Below, one piece after another: positions 23,561 through 37,300 of a stretch of DNA of 64,000 nucleotides (the stretch's first letter is position 1; the number at the start of each line of letters is the position of its first letter). Position numbers and translations under genes: made by a program. The notes beneath the pieces were generated by a model. That model saw nothing but the letters and a program-made list of their open reading frames with translations, made no database searches and had not been told where the DNA came from. This stretch comes from Bilabrum cf. latius (taxonomy: Eukaryota): assembly GCA_965178125.1 (NCBI GenBank), contig OZ237756.1, forward strand, positions 930,001-994,000, in the 5' to 3' direction.

Positions 23561-26300
23561 TCAGCCGAGCACCAGCGCCACTGGGGCCCGAGGTGCCACG
23601 AGCGCGGTCAGGCTCTTTCCCGCCAGCACGGACTCGTTGGTCAGTTCCAGGGACCTGCGCTGCCACCGGAGCGGGGGCTGCCTCCGCCGAGCGGCCTGTG
23701 CCGCCTGGCTCGCCACCGATGCCAGCATCCTCTCGGCGCTGCCTGCAGGCAGCTGTATCCCCCCTTGAACGAACAAGCTGCCTCCCCCGCCTGCTTCCCC
23801 CAGCATGCCGGGCAGGCTGCACCGAAACACCGCGCGCAGGCCAAACCGCACTTTTCGCCCGATACCACCTGGCGCTGCAAACGCGCCCTGTGTAGTGTTG
23901 CACCCGCTGCTGTCCGCTGTCCCCACAGCGAAGGCAGCATCCTGAGCGACCTCACTATCAGCCCCTCGCCGGGTGCCTCGGCTCGTCACACCCACCGACT
24001 AGCTCACGACCGCGTCAAATTCACTCACGCGGCGCCTCTCCCCGCCACCTGCCCTCCGCCCCGCCCTCGACTGGGAACCGTACCCACCCGAGCCCCCGCC
24101 CCGGTGTGCTGGCCTCGGCAAAACCCCTCGCCCGCCACTGCCAGCGCCACTTACACGTGTGCTCCCCAGCCCTGCCACTGCCAGCGCACGGTCGTGAGCA
24201 AGTCGATGCCCGCTTTGCTTGGAGTCGTTTTTATTACCTGGATGCTTCCGCAGCAGCAATGCACCTAGAGCTTTGCGGGCAGCTACTGATACCACGATCC
24301 CCGATCCAGGGGCCAAGGGAACATCCGTGCTGCGGGTACTTGCGGATGCCTACGTCCACGCATCAACCACCACCACCAGCCGCAGTTCATACACGTCGGG
24401 CCTTGTGTCCACTCCTGCATGGCTCCCTGCCTCACCATCTTGCCGCGCTGGCTGTCCCGATACCACGGTCCGAAGCACCCGCACATCGTAGTCCAGCAGA
24501 CTGGCGCCGTAGCTGGCTAGCACAAGCCGCAGCATCTCTTCGACGTCAATGACCAGCTCGTTGGTGCGAGTTGCGCGGTGTGCCAACGGGAGAGCCCCGC
24601 GGCCGACCTGAGCCTGCACAGGGCCAAGGCCATGCCCGGCCCCATCGATACCCCTGCCAGCGCTTTCAAGCTCCTGCCGCACGTGCTCCCACTCACCGTC
24701 ATGCTCAAGGCATGCATCGTTACACCCGCCCAGCGGTGGACCTCGCGAGGGAACCAGGCCTCCCGAGCGCTAGGCAGCGGTTGATCTGCTTTCGTACAGA
24801 GTGCTAGAGGGAGAGGCGAATCCTGAAGAGCCATTCGGTCCATATCCTGGCCACCCTCGAGCACCCCTCCCCGTCCTTCTTCGCCTGGCTGTGGACCGCA
24901 CGCCTGCAAGTGACTCGTGCGATAATGCCCCGTGTCGCCTGGACCACGGGCAAACGGTGCCAAACGGATTCTGCGTGGGTGATACTACCAGCGACTGTTG
25001 TGGGCTATCCGTTGCAGTGGATCGAGCCCCTGGATGCATCGAGTCGATGGCATGGCTGCGAGCCAGTCGCACGGCTGCCTCAGCCAGGGGCCAACTCGTC
25101 AGCATGGGCAAGCCCCTGTCGTCCCACTGCCAGGCCCGGCCCCGAGGCGTACGTTCGAACTGGTCAGGCATTCCGGCAGTTGACAAGCGTGCGGACGATG
25201 CTGATGAAGTGGAGTCTGGCCTGGCAAATGGACTCCCCTCGGAATGTCCTGTCGTGTCAGACCCTCCAGAGCTAGGCGACACGGAAGCTGTGGGGCTCTC
25301 GGAAGCCCTTGGCCCGGCCAGGCCGTCGGGATGCACGGGGGATCTTGGTGGGCAACACGCTTGGCCCGGTCGCCGCTGGCCAGCCCAATGCAATGACTCG
25401 CTACACCTGAGAGGGCGGTCTATTGTGAAGAAAACCATGCGCACGCTGGATCCCGTGTTAAGTGACAGACAGAATCGCCTGGTGTCCGCTCCTCCAGAGC
25501 ACTCTGCGAGCTCCACGAGGGAGGGCCTCGGGTACGGGCTGGCCACCTCGAAGTGGGAGTGGATAGCACCGGCGGGAGGCGCGGCACACTGATGCATCGA
25601 CAGGAGACCCCCGCACTTTCTCAGAGCCGCAACATCCGGAGTGCGCCGAGGCCCGCGCTCGTGCCCTGCTTTGCCACTGCCACTGCCACTGCCACTGGGC
25701 CTGGCTCTCCCCACGACCGCAAGATGCAGCCTCCTCCACACGTCCGCCGGCTCGGCTGCCACGGGCACCACAGACCAGAGCGACAGAGCCACGGATTCCG
25801 CTGATGCAGCAGATCGTCTCCCTTCTCGATCCTACCTACCACTCCTATGGCGATGGTCCCGAGCCGCAGCTCCACTAGCAGCAGCAGCAGTGGGCCTGTC
25901 AAACCCCTGGACGGCACTCCTGCTAGCTGCAGTCGCGCAAGCCGCCCTGTCCCTGGCGTGCACCAGCAGCATGCTCCCGCATGGAGACTCCCACACCTAC
26001 ACGCGGAGATGGGCCGCGACCGACTGGCTCAAAAATAGGTGCCTGGCCCGGTTCCCTCTGGCCCCATCGGCTGCCCATTCTTGCCGGAGAGCCCCTAGAT
26101 CAGCCGAGCATAAGATGCGCACATCCTAAAGGAGCACCAGCGGCCATCCCGACCTGAAAGACCATATCTACAGTCTGCATTCCAAGGCAGCTGAACTTGC
26201 AAGGGGGTCCAGGAACTGGGCTTGTGGAGGCTCTGATCTGTCCCCGTCATCAAGCTGATGGCCAATGGAATAGCTGATGACCGCAGCCCCACCGCGTGTA
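23561..26300 (-). CDS. large hypothetical protein (5' end uncertain)
   Basis: ORFs 24770-25792, 24350-24682, 23999-24316 and 23561-23995 share a frame and are separated by TAG only; ends TGA at 23561. Confidence 0.5.
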
Positions 26301-26976
26301 AACCCTAAGAATACACAGCGCTACGCGCCCAATGTGAGTGCAATTGACGCCTTCAAAAGCTATCGCAGCTGAATCGGAACAGATTTAAACCACTTCGACG
26401 GCCGAAACACCCAGCCGGAAGAGGTCCCAATTCGTCCTGTGCACCCGCAGAGCTACTCCGGTTTGGTTGCATCCACGAGGTTTTTCCTATAATAGAGCTA
26501 TATTCCTAGCTTTCTCCGCCGCAAACGATCAACCAAACTCATGGTTTCCGCCAGGGACAGCTATTACGCAACGAAGCAGGTGCCTATTGGACCCCTTCTC
26601 AAATATGGAGCCTATTTCTGGCCACTCTGATCTATCTCCTCAGTACATGTACAAGTTAAGTTGTATTCCAGCCGGATTCGTATCTCGAATAGTCACGATG
26701 CACGCAGAGGTAGGATGGATTGAAGAATCTTTCAAACGTGATAATTGGTTTTTCACACGTTACATATCGATGGTCTGTTTTAGGCCACAGCGATTGCCAA
26801 CATTTACTGGTGTTGACATCGCTTAATCGTAGCCAGGGCAACTGCACTGATACACTAACGTGTGATTAATTGTTTGTAGCCGGCTGGCACCCCGAGGAAA
26901 GGATCTAATTTATCGCGTACTAGACCATTGGAAGCTTCGCATTCCGAAGAAGGCCCGGCAATAATCAGTTCATACT

Positions 26977-28287
26977 ATGGAGCCTTCTCTCCAATCGCTG
27001 CTAACACGCTTTGAGATTGAGTGCACGAGGCAGGCACAGCTGCTGCTAGGCCAAGGACTCACAGGCACGCAGATTGAGGCTGTGCTTATTGAGCGAATAC
27101 GAGATGATGCCTCGCGGCTTCGTCCGCATTCAATTGCATCAGCTGCATCAACACATGCGATTGCAAAATCGCTAGGGGTCCCTACGGCCGCGGCTTAGAG
27201 AGCCCTCGTCTTGATGAATGTTGTGCAGAACCTTCGACAGCAGGGCCTTAGTGTAGAGCAAGCAATAGAAACAGTTTTGTCTCGCCTGCAGGCATCGAAT
27301 GCACAGCAGGAGGTGAATACTGAACCTTTGATTGAATCTCCGTCTAACCGTGCTCCGCGGCTACCTGCTAAAGCCCCTGCACAGCCCCTAGGGGTGTCTG
27401 CAGGCACGCCCAAGGTTTGTAGCGCCACAAGGCCTGCCAGTGATGCAGGTTCAACAAATGTGGAAGGCGTGAGTCCGGCGGATTTGTCCCATGCTCAATC
27501 AAGAGCTGGTCTGGGCTCGGCAACCCAGGGACAGGCGGCCTTGTGCCCCTCGTCCTCCACGCGGGCCGGGGACAGCAGCTCCAGCTCCAGCTCGGCTGCG
27601 TCCCGCCAGCCCGCATCCTAGAGAGTGACTGACCAGGTGGCGGGGCTTCAACGCCAGCATTTTAGCCATTCTACGTCGCCAGGTTGCAGAACCGTTACAT
27701 GGGCGGCCGCGGGGCCTACAGCAAGCAAAGGCAAGAGATTGGGCACTGGCAGGGCTGTGCCGGGAAGAAAGCGCAATCGCTCAGGGGGGCAATCCGCCTA
27801 CCGCGGTATGGAGCAGGGACTGGAAGTGCACGTTACAATGGGAATACCGTCGTCCCCTGGTCGGGCTGATCGTAGGCCGCATGGCCCCGATGATCTATTG
27901 GAGACTGGCAGTGGCTCACATGCCTTGGATTTGCACGATGGTGTGCAACAGGGACAAGGACCAGGGTGCCGTCGAGCTTCGGAGTGTGACGCAATGGAAC
28001 ATGGCTCTCGTCACAGGGCTCGGCAATAGTCAGCAGAGGTCGCCGGCCCCAGCGGCACTGCCGATAGTGGTGTAGGGCCACGGCATGCGTTGGAAAAGGC
28101 AGCGGCTGGACTGGCAGTGGCTCGGGGCCGCAAGAAAAGACGCGTCTCTCAGCCTGCGAGACATGCCCCGATAGGGGCTGGCCATCCCTCTAAATCCACC
28201 TCCAATAGTATGCACGGCACCGCGCTGACATCGCGGCGCATGCACCCGGGGGGCGGCCGCCTGGATGGCTCGGCTGGCTCGCAGTGA
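26977..28287 (+). CDS. hypothetical protein (helical N-terminus, low-complexity C-terminus)
   Basis: ORFs 26977, 27211, 27625 and 28090 are in one frame linked by TAG; ends TGA. Confidence 0.6.
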
Positions 28288-28510
28288 AGACCGAGCTCGT
28301 TTATTGTCGAAATAGTGCCTGTCTCCATGAATAAACCAGTACAAAAAATCCACCATTCACTTGAGTAGAACCACTCGGTGCTCACAGTACTTCTGGCCGC
28401 AACCTACTTTCGCCCTAGGATCAGGTAAAAGGCACCTTGCCGCATCGCACTTTCTCAAGCAGATCTGTCGAAGACGTTAATTGCCTTGCGCTGTGCTGCC
28501 CCCGATGTCT

Positions 28511-30475
28511 TCAATATACCTTGCCCGGGTTCAATATGTTCTTCGGGTCGACCGAGGCCTTCACAGCCCGCATCACAGCCATCCCCGCTCCCCCCGCCTC
28601 CCTCCTCAGCGCCCCCATCTTCCCAGTCCCGACCCCGTGTTCCCCAGTGCAGGTGCCTCCGAGGTCCTATGCCCTCGAAGACATCCTTGCGGTTAGCCCC
28701 TCCATGCAGGCCTTCTCCTCCTCGTCCTCGGGGTCGTACACCAAGAAGCAGTGAAAGTTCCCGTCCCCCACATGCCCCACGATGGGCGCCCTTCCATGCA
28801 GCACAGACGCAGCAATGTCCTCCTTGGTCAGCCGCACCATGTCCGCCAGTCGAGACACGGGCACGCACGCATCCGTGATGGCCACCCGGCACTGTCTCTC
28901 GCTGCCATCCGCCCGAAGCTCTCCCTCCCGCATCGCACCTGCGCTCCACAGCGCCACCTTGCGGGCCTCCCACAGCTGCGAAATAGTGGCCGGATCACTG
29001 GCACGCCGCATGGGCTGCAAGGCCCCAGATGCAGCCGCAAGCCGCTCGCTCCTGTCTGCATCAGCCTCCACCTGGGCGGAGGAGGCGCCTGCGAACCGGA
29101 AGAACAGGTGCGGTGCCGGGGGCAGCTCACACCCGCTTTGCTCGTTGAGGCAGGTCACCATGGTGTCGTCCAACAGCTCCACGCACCGCAGCCGCACCCC
29201 CTCCTGGAGCAGTCGCACCACACAACTAGCGGCGTCCTCCACGTTTCGGAACGGCACTGTGCCCACCACCTCGGCAGCGGGCCGCGGTTTCAGCCGCAAG
29301 GTGGCCTGCGTCACGACCGCCAGCGTCCCTTCCGACCCGACGAGCAGCGACTTCAGGTCCAGCCCGGCGCTGCTCTTGCGGGCGCGGCCCCCAGCGGTGC
29401 GAACTACCCTCCCGTCAGCAAGCACAGCCGCTAGTCGCAGCACGTTGTCCTTCATCGTCCCCTCGGACACCGCGTTGGTGCCGCTGCACCCCGTCGCCAC
29501 CATGCCCCCGATGGTGGCCCCCGGGCCCGGGTCCACGGCGAACATGAGGCCGCTGTCACGCAGTGCCGCCTGTTCGTTGAGCTCTTCCCAGCGGACTCCG
29601 GCCTGTACAGTGCAGTCCATATCATCCGCACGCACCGCCACCACCTCCCGCATGCCGGACAGGTCCAGCACCAAGGCCAGCTGTCCTGTCCTAGCCCCCG
29701 CACATGGCCCCTTCACGGGGTTGGTGTGCCCCTCCAGGCTGGTGCCTCCTCCATACGGAATCACCGCGATGTTGTTCTCCTAGCAGACCCGCAACACCCT
29801 GGATACCTGCCCCGTGCTCCTGGGCCTCACCACGGCCGAGGGAGGCACGCCGGCATGGTGGGACCAAGCGTCTGCGGCGACTCTCTCTCTCGATGCGGTG
29901 TCCAGCAGCAGAGCACCAGAATTACCTACCGCAAGTGGGGTGCCATTCACTTCTGTTGAGGAACTGCCTCCAATGCTCGCCCTAAGCTGAGCTTCCCAAT
30001 CGCCGTCGGAATCGAGTGCACTCTCCAGAGCAGCATCGCCAGCATGCGGTTGCAATGCTTCCAATAGCCTCTAAACGATTGCATCATCCAATCTGTCGAA
30101 ACTATCCATATCAGTCGTGCCTTTATTCGAGCCCACGTACTTGATAAATGCATCTGGCGAGTCATACCACCGTCGTGTGACTGGATCCTTCACGGTGAAG
30201 TGGCTGTCGTTCGCTTGGTCGTGTGACTGCGTTCGAATCTACTCCATCCCACCAATGCGATCATACACAACATACGATACTAGTATGCAGGCAGACACCC
30301 AGGCGGCATTCATGCTGCTTTCATCACAGCTTCTGGAAACCCGAGCATACTAGACCTAGCCTGAGTAGCCGCGATCCGATGCCGTCCGCAAAGCTGCAGA
30401 CCTCTGCATGAATGCCGTCCAGGATCTCGCCCGTCTACCAAACCTTTGAAGTGAGGTGCACCATCTATAATTCAT
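28511..30475 (-). CDS. LDHD: mitochondrial D-lactate dehydrogenase (FAD-linked oxidase family)
   Basis: IPYGGGTSLEGH, DPGPGATIGGM, SGTNAV, RKSSAG, GSEGTL, GHVGDGNFH, GGTCTGEHGVG, DPKNILNPGKV; Arg/Ser-rich presequence from ATG 30475; several in-frame TAGs (28667, 29780, 30071 and others); TGA stop. Confidence 0.9.
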
Positions 30476-30593
30476 GTCTTTTCAGTCTTTGACGCGGACG
30501 CTCCCCGGGCCCCGACGCATCATTAGTTCGTGCAGTTCGTGAAGGTTCGCACGAGGCCAAGAAAATGTGTAGAGGCCTCACCCTCGAATAGCT

Positions 30594-30995
30594 ATGGCAA
30601 GCGTAACCGTTCCAGGAGAGTTCAACTTCAAGGATGCGAAACCGGCAGAACCGCTCCAGTTCGTCGAGGTTGAGCTGGAGTCGCCGGCGGAAATGACAGC
30701 TGATGCAAGCACTGATATTCGAGGGAATCCGTCGTGGGCTGGTGGCACGTTCTCAGCGACCAAAATCTACTTGCACGATTGCACGCTGCCAAATGGAACC
30801 GCTCCCACTGATAAGGTTGTTTAGCTCGCTAAGGACGCCGCGAAGCGCATTGATCCGACGGCTGGAGGTACCCGCGTTCTGGTTGAGAAGGGTGCTTTGA
30901 GTATTGCCATGCCAGGGAAGGCGGGGGGCAACTTCTCTTTCAGTCGCAGGCAAGCGGATGGAAAAGACTATTTGGTTGCATTGAAATGGACATAA
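30594..30995 (+). CDS. small hypothetical protein (~133 aa)
   Basis: ATG 30594, one in-frame TAG (30822-30824), ends TAA 30993-30995. Confidence 0.55.
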
Positions 30996-31586
30996 TTACT
31001 CAGGCCTACTATCCTACCATGCATGTTGATCAAACAGTCGCCACCGTCTAGATGTTGCTCTGGAAGCAAGAAACAACGCGAAACCCCCATCAGTAACCTA
31101 GGATTGCCCCCTAAATGTGGCAGTCTTCTTCGCTTGGCGTTCTAGCCTCCCCCCCCCCCAACTGTGCACCCTACTGAGGCCGCGGCATATTCGTTGACTG
31201 CATCCTCGCCCCGACACTCGCATCAAAAGGAGTGTTACTGCCCATATTCCAAGCGATGTACTACTAAATACACGTAATGATTACCGTACCATCGTGACGG
31301 GTTAACTTCCGGCGGGTACCCGTCGGCGAACCCCTACACTCGCTCCTCAGGGTTCAATGATGGGGCCAGCCCACTTTGGCTGGACAAGGAAGCCGGTCCG
31401 TATGTACTCCACGCAATTAGCTAGTAACTACAACGGGACACTGCGTTTTACCCATTCCACCGAACGTTAGCCAGTCCGACGTACACTGCCCCGCTGTGCG
31501 GCCACGAAGCTCCTGGCGGCAGGTAACCGCGCGGCAAGGCAACAAAAGTGCGATCATTCGGATGTGCGTGATGAAGTTGTGATGCA

Positions 31587-32049
31587 TCAGCCATGCCTTA
31601 AAGCTGGTAACTGAGGTGATACAACTTTCTTCCAGTCGCCAGATGCTTCCTTTTCCTCGTCCAGCTCCGCAACCGCCGATCTGCAGCAGTTACGACCAAA
31701 GAAATTGCTTGCAATGAATGAAAAGTAAGGCAACTGGGATTAGCGGTCATATCTTCCTAGCTTACAAGTTGTCTCCTCGAACCATCTGCGTGCCGGCGGG
31801 ATCAACCTCCACGGGGCCATCATCTCCGTACACGCGCTCCACCGAATCCTTTAAAATTAGGTTAACCTTTTGGTCAAAACCTTGAAGTGCACCCTGCGAT
31901 TTAATTTGCGTGCACAGTAGCGGGGACGTATAGCAATACAATCATGCATTTGAAACACGTGACATGTAGTCTCTCACCACTAAGACCCGTCCATCGTTGG
32001 TCACAACCATAACCATTTTGCCAACCAACTCGCGCAAGAACTGCGACAT
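31587..32049 (-). CDS. LSM8: U6 snRNA-associated Sm-like protein LSm8 (3 exons; introns about 31894-31977 and 31681-31765)
   Basis: Spliced product MSQFLRELVGKMVMVVTNDGRVLV-GALQGFDQKVNLILKDSVERVY...VRGDNL-SAVAELDEE; canonical GT..AG introns; TGA stop. Confidence 0.88.
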
Positions 32050-32218
32050 CGACGATTTGGGCTGCAGCTTGTTGGGCTGCGCAACTGCACCCCAGTGCGA
32101 TACCCCTCCCCACGCCGCGCATTTTGCGGAACCGGTGTCCAAACGGAACTATTTCAACTTCACCGATTCAACAGCCAGGATCACAATTACTTTAATTTGA
32201 CAGACTGGCGTGATCGAA

Positions 32219-34051
32219 ATGTCTGGACGTTTAGGACTGACTGTTGGGGAAATTAGGCGTGGTGGGACCAGTATCCACAAAAGCCTGGGTTCGCGCCTCG
32301 ATCTCACGGACGAGGAAGAAGATCAGGTTGGGGCATTGATTGTCCAGATTCATAGAGCCGCTGAGGTCAGAGGCTTACACATGAAAAGTTTCTTTGAGAG
32401 GTTTGATCAGCAGAGACACGGTGTAGTGACAGTCCCGTAGTTTCACCGCGGGCTGCAGGATGCTTTCTCCGGATCGCTGAGTGAGGACGAGCGAGGCCTG
32501 CTAGCCCGTGCATTCACGTATGGGGAAGGTACGGCAGCTCGTGTATCGTACCGCGAGTTCCATTAGGCCGTTGGGGTCGCGCTCGACGGGCTATCCACGG
32601 GGGCCGGCGTGTCCGCCGAGGACGCCGCTGCCACAGCCAAGATGCGCGCCAGCGCCCTGGCAGGGGCAGCGGCCACCGGCATTGGGGCTGGGCGCAAGAA
32701 AGGCGCCTTATCCCTCACGTCTGTGACCATCGGCGCAAGCGGGGGCACTGGTCTGGGCGGGGATGAGCAGACCAAGGCGGAGATGGAGGAGATGCACCGG
32801 GCCGCGGGCCTAGGGGGCGATGCTACTGCCATGGACCTGGTCATGAAGCACGCGAGCGAGAGGAGGGTCCGAGTGGCAGATCAGTTCGTGGACTATGATC
32901 CCTTGAGGAAGGGTCTGTGCACGCGCAACCAGTTCCTCAGGGGACTCGCGAACCTTCGCTTCACCGGGGTGGGCCCCACGGAGAGGGAGGAAATCGCGGA
33001 CATGTACGAGGCAGACGCGACCAGGGGCACGGGGCCCATGGGGGGCGCGTATGTGGACTTTAGGGCCTTTTCAGACGACGTGGAGGAAGCGTTCGGCACT
33101 GTGCGGGGGCTGGAGAGGAACCCAACCGCTCCTCAGGAGACGCGGGCCCATGCGCTGGCCATGACAGGGGGCGCCGTCCCTGGCCGCAGGGCAGTCCCAG
33201 AGGACATGCAGCCCGTGCTGGACCGGGCCGTGCGCCGGATCCGGGACCAGGTGCGCAAGCGAGGAATCGAGATGGTGCAGGCATTCAAGGACTTCGACAG
33301 GGCTCACGAAGAGCACGTGACCATCGACCAGTTCCTGCGTGTGCTTCGCATGCTGAGCCTGTACCCCGAGGACGAGGAGGAGAGGGCGGCGCTGGTTACG
33401 AGGTACAGGGGCCTTGGCACTCGTCACAGGATGGTTTGGTGGCGCGGGCTGAAGGACGACACAGACCCCCCGGAGGTGGTGGACGTCACGGCGCAGGCCC
33501 TGACGGAGGCACAGGCGGCGGCAACTGCCCGGAAGGCCGTGGAGCTGTCGGTGAAGCGGGGGGCGGACGGTGGCGGGGACAGGCGCCGGGCAGACGCAGC
33601 CATGGCGGCGGGAGTGCCCGGCGGAGGGTCGGCAGTCATGGGCGGGGGGCTGGTGCGGAGGGCGGACGCGGCGGACGTGATGATGGAGGTGAAGCGGGCG
33701 GCAGCTCTCCACGGGCTGCGGATGGGTGACTTTTTGATGGAGCACGACAAGCTGCGCAAGGGGAGAGTGACCCCACAGCAGCTGCAGACGTCGCTGACTG
33801 CGGCTGGGCTGCGCTTCAGTGAGGCGCAGAACAAGGCGCTGTTCGAGGCATACGGGCGCAGTGAGCTGGGGCTGGACGCTGCGGGACGGCCCATGATCGA
33901 CCGCTGGGCCTTCGAGGCTGACGCAAACGCGGGCGTCGGTGTACACGGGCTGGAGAAAGACCCCGACAGGGATCCGGATGCCGAGATGAGGGACGCCATG
34001 GCGGGGGCCGCAGAGACGCTCAAGGGGAGGAAGGTGGTTGCGGAAACTTGA
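32219..34051 (+). CDS. multi-EF-hand-like repeat protein (possibly flagellar)
   Basis: Four repeats: FD..RHGVVTVP*F, YDPLRKGLCTRNQF, FDRAHEEHVTIDQF, HDKLRKGRVTPQQL; TAG at 32438 and 32564; TGA stop. Confidence 0.75.
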
Positions 34052-34306
34052 ATCCGGCCTGCAAATGTACCTGCGTTCCAATCCTTTGACTCATCTGCCT
34101 CAAGACTCTTAAAAGCGTGGGACCCCCCCCTCCCACGCTTGGGCACGGGAGGGGGACGGAGTATTCTGGGATCTCGTTCGTCACGTCGCGGCGCGACGGC
34201 TGCCCGAAGTCCACGGGAGGGACGTGCACTCCAAAGAGATACAAGGGAAAGGTACGATAATCTGAGTACTTGCTCTCCCCTGCGTGTCATTCAGGTAGTG
34301 TTTGCC

Positions 34307-37219
34307 ATGCTTAGATCGCTATTACGATGCCGTCCTTCGCTGCTTGGTGCTCGACGGATTCTACAGCCCAGTTCTTTACCTTTCAGAGTTGATTTCAGCA
34401 AGACGAGTGATTCGATCGTTTGCTCCAGATATATGTCTAGCAATCATGGGCTAGAGATGCGACACAATCCGATCGGGGTAGATTATGCGTGCCAGGAAGC
34501 ACAGCGCAGGTGTGCTGAGGCCATAGTACCGGAGCCAATGGATCCATTTCCGGAAGATTCCAATGCAGTTGACTCAAATGCCAACAGTGTGTCGACACAG
34601 CCCGCGGAGGATCCTATTGTCGCCGGCATTGTGAGGGATTCCGATGCTTCGACTTGTGGCCTATCGATCGCGTCAGGCATCTCCGTGGGCGCAGGATGGA
34701 CCGCCATCGACTTGGGCAAGCTAGTGGCATGTAGAACTATACGATTTGGTTTGCTTCGGTTGAGTGGCTCTGCATCATATCCAGCACCCGCACAAGGGGA
34801 GCCGCCAGCATCTCAACGCGCTCTTCCTCACGAAACGGAGCTGAGGGAGGCCGCAAGGCGCATCTACTGGCATAGCGCGGCACACTTGCTGGGTGGCGCT
34901 CTAGTCAAGCTACTCGGGGGAGATAGTAACGAAAGCATTCGGCAGCTGTGGCTGTGTGACGGTCCTGCGCTGGTGTCAGGCGAAGGCGGCTTCTTCTACG
35001 AGTTCTACAGGCCTGCTGTGCAGGAGCTTCCCACCGGGGCTGATGCAGCAGACACACTTGGGACCACCGAGGCGCCGCCGCTGCCTCTTCCTACGAGTAC
35101 CTTACGCCGGCTCGAGCGAGACATGCTCAGCGCCGCCAAGAAGTCCACCAAGGCCGTCAAGAAGCTGGCGCGACTGGGGCACGGCAGCAGCAGCGCCAGC
35201 GAACTTGATACGATCGGCACAGCCCTGGATGTTGATGGTGCTGATCCAAAAGGGCTCGCATGCATCGGTTCCAGGTAGGTAAGCGAAGGTGAGGTGCACG
35301 AGCTGCTTGGGACCGACCCGATCAAGAGGGTAATGGCGGGGGAGATCGCAGCGAAGACGGATGAGCCGCTTACGGTGTACTAGAGCGGGGATTTCACTGA
35401 CCTGTGCAGGGGCCCACATCTACCCTCCATGGGAGGAGCTTTTGGTGCCATCGAGCTGTACAGGGCTGGGGCCAGCTTTGCTGAGTCGTCTGCTAGGCAA
35501 GTGCGGGAGGCCTACGTTATGCTGGGGCGAGCGGCCGAGTGCCCTGCCTAGCCGCAGCTGGAGCGGGTGTACGGCATTGCATTCCCGACTAAGCTGCAGC
35601 TGAAGCGATGGAAGCAGCGCGTGGCGGCAGCCTAGGACCGGGACCACCGCCGGATCGGGCACCGTCAGAAGCTGTGGGCGTTCAGCGAGGAAGCCCCAGG
35701 GTCCCCGTTCTGGCTGCCTGGCGGACAACTCTTGTTCAATACGATCGTGGACTATGTGCGAGGAGTCGTGACGAGAGACGGTTACAGCGAGGTGCAGACC
35801 CCTTAGCTGTACCGCCCCTCGCTATGGAAGGCATCTGGGCACTGGCAGTACTACCAGGAAGACATGTTTGGTGTGGCTGCTGCCCATGAGGTTGCCGAAG
35901 GGTTGGCAGGGGGGCCATTGCCTGACTCCACCACGAGCAGAGCAGACGATAAGGCTAAGCACTCCCATGAAGAAGACCATGGAGATATGTTTGGAATCAA
36001 GCCAATGAACTGTCCTGCTCACTGCAGGATATTCCAGGCATTGGCACCCACCCGGCGTGAAATGCCGCTTCGACTGGCCGAGTTCTCAGCCTTGCATCGA
36101 AACGAGGCATCGGGAGCCTTGTCTGGAATGACCAGAGTGCGACGATTTCATCAGGATGACGGGCACATATTTTGTCGGGATCCCACCGAAGAAAAGGCGG
36201 AATGGGACGCGCGTAGACAAGGCGACGATGTCAGTTCAACGCCAGTGGCTTTCGTGTCCCAGATCGAGCGGGAGGTGCTCGGCTGCCTCAGGCAAGTAGA
36301 GGAAGTGTACACGAAACTCGGATTTAGCACAAGTACGCTCCGATTCAGGCTGGCCACTCGGCCGCACGATGGATCTGTGGGTTCTGATGAGGTTTGGCAC
36401 GAGGCCGAACGAGCACTGATGGTGTCGCTGCGATCCGTGGTACCCTCCATGCTGGGTAAACGGCCAGCTAGTCACGGCGAACCCTTGGATATCGGCTTAG
36501 GGGAGCACCCGCATGACTCGCTGTACGAGGTAGATGACGGTGGTGGTGCATTCTACGGGCCGAAGATTGACGTCGCATTGCGGGACGCGCTTGGGAGAGA
36601 GCATCAGTGCGCTACGATCTAGCTTGACTTCAACTTGCCCAACCGCATGGGGGTGAAGTACCCTGCTTTTTCTGTGCCTAAATCCGAGACGGGTGGACTC
36701 GAGTCCCTGCAGTCGCAATCGGATCCAACGATACGGTCCGAGATGGCTCCGGTGCTGGTGCATCGCGCCATTTTGGGATCGGTGGAAAGAATGCTGGCCA
36801 TCCTGGCAGAGCACCACGGAGGAAAGTGGCCTTTTTGGCTCTCCCCCTATCAGGTTGTTATTTGTGGCGTGGCAGACAGGCATGCGGACGCTTGCCATGC
36901 CCTTGCATCTCGACTGCGGGCTGTAGGTGCATAGGTTCAGTTGGACGTCTCACAGCGCACTGTGGGCAAGCGCGTGCGCAAGGCACTGTTCGAGCAGGCC
37001 GCATGTGTCGTGGCTGTGATAGGAGACGAGGAACTGGAAGGTAGCAGCAGCAGGGATGATGGGCTGGTATCCGTACGGTTTCGCGATCAGAGCGTGGTAG
37101 CAGATCTAGGTGCCCAAGAGGTCGTGAAGGCCGTGAATGACAGGCTTGAGGCTGGGAGAGTGGGTTGGAAGGTGCTGGCGGACTGGGTACAGGCTGGACA
37201 AAGCAGCAGTGTGGCATGA
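34307..37219 (+). CDS. TARS2: threonyl-tRNA synthetase, probably mitochondrial
   Basis: YWHSAAHLLG, GFFYEF, DLCRGPH, LERVYGIAFP, RDHRRIG, KPMNCPAHC, HRNEASGALSGMTRVRRFHQDDGHIFC, AFYGPKID, QCATI*LDF, HRAILGSVERM, WPFWLSPYQV. One frame with 7 in-frame TAGs (35276, 35381, 35549, 35633, 35804, 36620, 36932). N-terminal presequence MLRSLLRCRP. Confidence 0.95.
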
Positions 37220-37300
37220 ATATACAAGCTAGGTGAATAGAACAAGCAGCACAACTCTACATAATCAATTAGCGTGGGCTTACATCACAGGCCAGCCTCG

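Noticed and set aside
31000-31560. Possible structured ncRNA in the intergenic gap, with short hairpin-like GC segments
   Set aside because: No recognisable tRNA, snRNA, snoRNA box set or telomerase template by eye; needs an Infernal search
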